Part shown: piece after piece, positions 28,801 through 32,000 of the stretch
Layout: every line of letters begins with the position of its first letter
How positions within the stretch are numbered: the first letter of the stretch is position 1
Assembly (NCBI GenBank): GCA_046497275.1
Contig: JAWOFX010000137.1
Location: forward strand, 2,642 to 34,641
DNA: 32,000 nucleotides
Direction of reading: 5' to 3'
From: Promethearchaeia archaeon
GTDB lineage: Archaea; Asgardarchaeota; Lokiarchaeia; Sigyniarchaeales; SOKP01
The notes under the pieces: generated by a model
Told to the model about the DNA's origin: nothing
The model's input: only the letters and a program-made list of their open reading frames with translations
Databases searched by the model: none
Made by a program: the position numbers and the translations under genes

Positions 28801-29132
28801 AAGCACTTAGAAATAACGAAATATATTCTGTTCGATTATATAAAGTCCATGAATATGGAAAAGAACCCAACATTGTTGCATGTCTTCAGAATGGTGCCAT
28901 TGATATGGTAATTAATATACCACTTCCTACTTCTCAAGAAGAGAAATTTCGTCAGATAATTGAAGATGATTATACCATCCGAAGAATGGCGATTGATTAT
29001 AATATACCAGTCATAATTAATTTACAGCTCGCCGAGGCAATTGTGGATGCCATAGAAAAAGTGAGAACAAAGGAACTCTCTCTTAAATCTTTAAATGAAT
29101 ATCATCAATCCCTAGATGAGGTATATTGGTAA
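25821..29132 (+). CDS. carB: Carbamoyl-phosphate synthetase large subunit, copy 2
   Basis: 1103 aa, collinear with carB1; both ATP-grasp motif sets and the MGS domain are present. Starts 2 nt after the carA2 stop. Confidence 0.98.
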   Translation: MPLDRSLKKILILGSGAVRIGQAGEFDYSGSQVLKALNEEDIETILVNPNIATIQTDPQMSSKVYLLPINIKYVTEIIKKERPDGICLSFGGQTGLNVGVELYEARILDKYGVRVLGTPIEAIQDTEDRDLFVKAMSRANCPVCRNRAVNSYAEAKKVAEEFGFPLMLRVAYVLGGKGSGIIHDWDQFERMAKRGLAQSRINQILIEESVWGWKEIEFEILRDAEDNCFINCSMENVDPCGIHTGDSIVVAPAQTLTDEELQLLRSASIRATKEVGVCGECNIQWALDPFSKKFRAIEINARLSRSSALASKATGYPLAYIAAKIAIGYTLPELKNQITLKTTANFEPATDYMVMKYPRWDLTKFEKVDRRIGPQMKGVGECMSIGRGFEEVCQKALRMLDIGLKGFVANDLDPIEDINELKYELRNPTDLRFLRIADAMKRGISIDEIYDRSRIDKWFLYKLKNIIEIENELKNLDFLESSNEQKEYYLTKAKRYGFSDGQIAKIVGVNTPMIRRLRKKYNIIPYVKQIDTLAGQCIPKRHYLYLTYWGNKHDIDFEEEEKEEIKKVIVLGSGTYRIGASVEFDWGSVNCLWGLQNLGVDKAIIINYNPETVSTDYDISDRLYFEEISGERVLDICEFESPYGIVLNAGGQIAQNLAAKFAKYSEFFRKTGINILGTHGSRIDMAEDRAKFSALLDHLNIKQPKWRALTIKSEALKFADEVGYPVLVRPSYVLSGAAMRVSYDEKTLRDTLDLAASVSQEYPVVMTKFFTNSREVECDGVCDGKNVLIGAIVEHIENAGVHSGDATMTIPPQTVSKEIRKQIEEYTRKIALALKIIGPFNVQFLVKNGDVFVIECNLRSSRSMPYVSKTKGINLMKLAAEVIMGNSIPKRLLNLPCGNFVAVKAPMFSFMRLDKADPILGVEMASTGEVAVFGEDLPDALLKALEAAEQSIPIHGGNVLISVAGEELKRKMIPIAKKLKKMGFTLFATEDTAEALRNNEIYSVRLYKVHEYGKEPNIVACLQNGAIDMVINIPLPTSQEEKFRQIIEDDYTIRRMAIDYNIPVIINLQLAEAIVDAIEKVRTKELSLKSLNEYHQSLDEVYW

Positions 29133-29262
29133 TTTTAAAAGATAGTTGGATTATTCTTTTTAAGTCATAATTGCATATACTTAAGAGACTTTTCTGATAT
29201 ATAATTAGAATTTTGTTTTTTAGATTTATTATGATATTTCGTGTTCTATTCTTTTAAGAATT

Positions 29263-30918
29263 TTAGAATTTGATCCTTTTTAATACAGGATATCTTCTCC
29301 CAATACCAAAAGCACTTGGGCTTACTTTAATAGTCTGTACTAATTGTCTTCGTTTAAATTCTGAATTTAAATACAATTTCCTGACTTTGAGAATTGTCTT
29401 TGGATCAATACCTTTGACCTCAAGATGTTTTAATTCGGCACCTATACCATATTCTATAATTTCTCTTAAAACGGTATCCAAAATCTCATAGGGAGGCAAT
29501 GAATCACTATCTTTCTGATTTTCTCGTAATTCAGCTGTTGGAGGTCTTGTGATAATTTTTTTGGGGATTATTTCTTCTTTTCTATTAATCCAAGCGCAAA
29601 TTTCGTATATCTGTGTTTTTAAAAGGTCTCCAGGCACATTTTTTCCACCATTTGTATCACCATAAAGAGTACAATAACCAACTCCAATCTCTGATTTATT
29701 TCCCGTTGAGACTAATAACCAATTGAATTTATTAGAATAATACATAAGAATGGTAGCTCTTATTCTAGCTTGAAGATTCTCATCCGCAATGTCAAAAGGG
29801 AGATCCCCTAAATTATTTTCAAGGGAAGTTTCATATGTTTCAAATAGATCGTCAATAGGATGGATAAAATAATTCATTCCTAAATTATCACATAAATTTT
29901 TTGCATTATCTAAACTTAATCTAGAAGTGTATTTTGTTGGCATCATAATACAATTAACATTTTCGGATCCTAATGCATTTGCACAAATATATGCTGTAAA
30001 TGCCGAATCAATACCACCACTTAGTCCTAATACAACTCCATCAAAAATATTACTTTTATGATAATAATCATATAAATTAAGTTTTAAAGCCTCTATAACT
30101 TCTTTTTTCCAATTTAATAGAGGAATTTTTTCATTAAATTGATCTTTTTCGAAGTTTAATTTGAATTTTGCTATTTGTTCTTCAAATGCTTTTGCTTTAA
30201 AAATCAATTGTCCTACTTTATCAGTTATAAAACTTTGTCCATCATATACAATCTCATCTAATCCTCCTACCATGTTTACGTATATAATTGGAACTTCTAA
30301 TTTTTTTGATTTTTCGACTAGTAATTTTTCTCTCGCATTAAATTTGTTAATATAATAGGGAGAGGCATTTATTACAATAAGTATTTCTGCCCCATTTTTA
30401 ACTAATTTTTGAGCAACTTTATCATCATAAGTGTCATCCCAAATATCTTCACAAATTAGTATTCCAATTTTATATTCTTTTATCACAACGGGATAGTATT
30501 TATTATCGAAAGAAAAATAACGTCTCTCGTCAAAAACATCATAATTAGGAAGTAAACGTTTATTTTCGATATAAATTACTTCTTTATTTTGCATAACTAA
30601 TGCTGAGTTATAAAAACATTGTATTTTCTCTTTTAAATCATCTGGTTCTGTGAATGTCCCGAGAATAATAGTGGAATCATCTGTTTTATTTTTTATCTCC
30701 TCTATTGCCTTTCTATTCCTTTCTCTGATTATTGGATCTAAAATATGATCCATTAGAGGATATCCTACTAAAGCCATTTCTGGAAATACAATGATATCTG
30801 CATCTTTATTATTTTCTATAATTGTAATTATTTTTTTTTTGTTATATTTAATATCCCCTACAATTGGATTTACTTGGGAGAGTACTATTTTTAAGCTATT
30901 TTTCCTTACCATTTTCAA
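29263..30918 (-). CDS. nadE: Glutamine-dependent NAD+ synthetase (nitrilase-type glutaminase fused to synthetase)
   Basis: Nitrilase triad FPEM, KRLLPNYDVFDE, ICEDIW; synthetase GLSGGIDS, NLQARIR, TGNKSE, PPTAEL. Confidence 0.96.
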   Translation of the reverse strand: MKMVRKNSLKIVLSQVNPIVGDIKYNKKKIITIIENNKDADIIVFPEMALVGYPLMDHILDPIIRERNRKAIEEIKNKTDDSTIILGTFTEPDDLKEKIQCFYNSALVMQNKEVIYIENKRLLPNYDVFDERRYFSFDNKYYPVVIKEYKIGILICEDIWDDTYDDKVAQKLVKNGAEILIVINASPYYINKFNAREKLLVEKSKKLEVPIIYVNMVGGLDEIVYDGQSFITDKVGQLIFKAKAFEEQIAKFKLNFEKDQFNEKIPLLNWKKEVIEALKLNLYDYYHKSNIFDGVVLGLSGGIDSAFTAYICANALGSENVNCIMMPTKYTSRLSLDNAKNLCDNLGMNYFIHPIDDLFETYETSLENNLGDLPFDIADENLQARIRATILMYYSNKFNWLLVSTGNKSEIGVGYCTLYGDTNGGKNVPGDLLKTQIYEICAWINRKEEIIPKKIITRPPTAELRENQKDSDSLPPYEILDTVLREIIEYGIGAELKHLEVKGIDPKTILKVRKLYLNSEFKRRQLVQTIKVSPSAFGIGRRYPVLKRIKF

Positions 30919-31259
30919 TTTCGATCTAATTAATTTTTTTAAAAGATTTATTCAATATTTAGAAGTATTATTATGAGTTTATTTTTTTGATTCTTTTTTT
31001 TAATAACACCTTATTCTTATTTTATTAGGTCATGCCTTAATCTCATTTTTAGATTTAGATATATCACTTCCATTAAAATAAAAAAAAATGTTTCAAGTAG
31101 AAAGATTGGAAAAAAAATGCATATCTTTTTTTATAAATTGTAAGTATTTTCCTCGAAAATTGATAAATTAATGGAGAGACTTTTATTATCTATAATCCTC
31201 ATTCACAAATTGATATTAATAATTTTAATAAAAATTCATGAACAATTGTAAAAACAAAG

Positions 31260-31484
31260 GTGTTTAAAATAGAGAAAAATTCTGTTAAAAATGTTAGAAA
31301 AAGATTAGAACAAAATGAGATTGAACCATATAATATAGATTTCGATGAGGTAGAGTATAGTATTGAACATAGAACATCCATAGAGGATAAAGATTGGGAT
31401 AAAAAAATTCATGAACAAGAATTATATGGTTATAATGAAGAGAATTGGCATGAAGGCGATTATGAAAGGAAATTAAAAAAATAA
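31260..31484 (+). CDS. Small acidic hypothetical protein (GTG start)
   Basis: 74-aa ORF with protein-like charged composition; start uncertain. Confidence 0.5.
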   Translation: MFKIEKNSVKNVRKRLEQNEIEPYNIDFDEVEYSIEHRTSIEDKDWDKKIHEQELYGYNEENWHEGDYERKLKK

Positions 31485-31617
31485 TTCTATTTATAAGAAT
31501 AAATCTTTCATAATTTCTATTAATCCAGATGAATTAATATCATAATTAGAAGTCTTTCACCAAGTAAGAAGAAATTATATAAATATATAATTAATATTTA
31601 AAATAGAACTTATTTAT

Positions 31618-31914
31618 GTGATTTCTAACGTGTCGAATTTAGAGAAAATGCTAAAAAAAGTGCATAATGCAATATTCTCTAATAAAAAAACTGTAGAACT
31701 TGAAGGAGAAAAATATCCCCTTAAAAAAACTTCTAAAAAGGGTTTGAGATGTGTGTATCATGATGAATACTTTTTTGTCGAACAAAATCCTGAAACTGAT
31801 TCTCACTGGGCAGATAAGGCAAAAAAAGGAGATCAAATTACTTGGGCAATCAAAGACAATAATTATGTCGCAAATATCCATAATGGAAAATTTAGAAGAT
31901 TTAAAAAAGATTGA
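31618..31914 (+). CDS. Small hypothetical protein (GTG start)
   Basis: 98 aa with a structured-looking core FVEQNP..DSHWA..AKKG..ITWAI....Y...I..G; function unknown. Confidence 0.7.
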   Translation: MISNVSNLEKMLKKVHNAIFSNKKTVELEGEKYPLKKTSKKGLRCVYHDEYFFVEQNPETDSHWADKAKKGDQITWAIKDNNYVANIHNGKFRRFKKD

Positions 31915-32000
31915 TAAAAACAATATGATTTAAATTAAACAAAAAGCTAAACTATAGATTTTAGGATAATAGATCTATAAAATGGAATTTTATAATGGAA

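Larger units (their letters stand above)
18887..29132 (+). repeat. Diverged direct duplication of carAB (18887-23333 and 24685-29132)
   Basis: Equal protein lengths (377/377 and 1103/1103). The carB copies are offset by 5799 nt both at their starts and at a 30-nt identical tract near the 3' end. Confidence 0.95.

Noticed and set aside
28680-29132. CarB2 being N-acetylglutamate-activated like CPS I
   Set aside because: Its MGS domain is nearly the same as that of CarB1, and nothing in the sequence supports a new effector site.
4875-30976. The other short ORFs nested antisense or out of frame within long genes (e.g. 4875-5240, 14375-14743, 19607-19948, 22718-23101, 28682-28873)
   Set aside because: Shadow ORFs of well-supported genes. 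The similar antisense ORFs in both carB copies simply reflect the duplication.
1-32000. tRNA, rRNA, CRISPR array, IS or prophage
   Set aside because: No GC-rich structured stretch, no regularly spaced repeats, and no transposase, integrase or phage-like ORF seen by eye; a tRNAscan or Infernal run would be needed to exclude small RNAs.

Overview
AT-rich, gene-dense archaeal-type chromosomal window, most likely from an Asgard archaeon (Lokiarchaeia/Promethearchaeota-like). This is an inference from a Rab-like GTPase without a prenylation tail, a longin-like protein, a TrmB-like regulator and bacterial-type acyl-CoA genes. Contents in order: two orphan genes, a TIM-barrel isomerase, a Rab-like GTPase plus TrmB-like pair, a 4-hydroxybutyryl-CoA dehydratase-like gene, a membrane protein, a Re-citrate-synthase-like DRE-TIM enzyme, fadD, an acyl-CoA dehydrogenase, a methyltransferase, NUDIX, cupin and crotonase genes, a longin-like gene, pyrG, two small Cys-rich ORFs, two complete carAB pairs flanking a 2-hydroxyacid dehydrogenase, glutamine-dependent nadE, and two small hypotheticals. 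The standout is the duplicated carbamoyl-phosphate synthetase. Its second small subunit is full length but has lost the glutaminase catalytic Cys and His plus two glutamine-binding residues, which suggests a dedicated ammonia-dependent CPS beside a glutamine-dependent one. Two genes absent from the ORF track were found: a 59-aa 4xCxxC zinc-finger protein (18429-18608, -) and an edge-truncated ORF (605 to <1, -). No rRNA, tRNA, CRISPR array or mobile element was seen. All family assignments come from motifs read by eye and recalled reference sequences, not from database searches.
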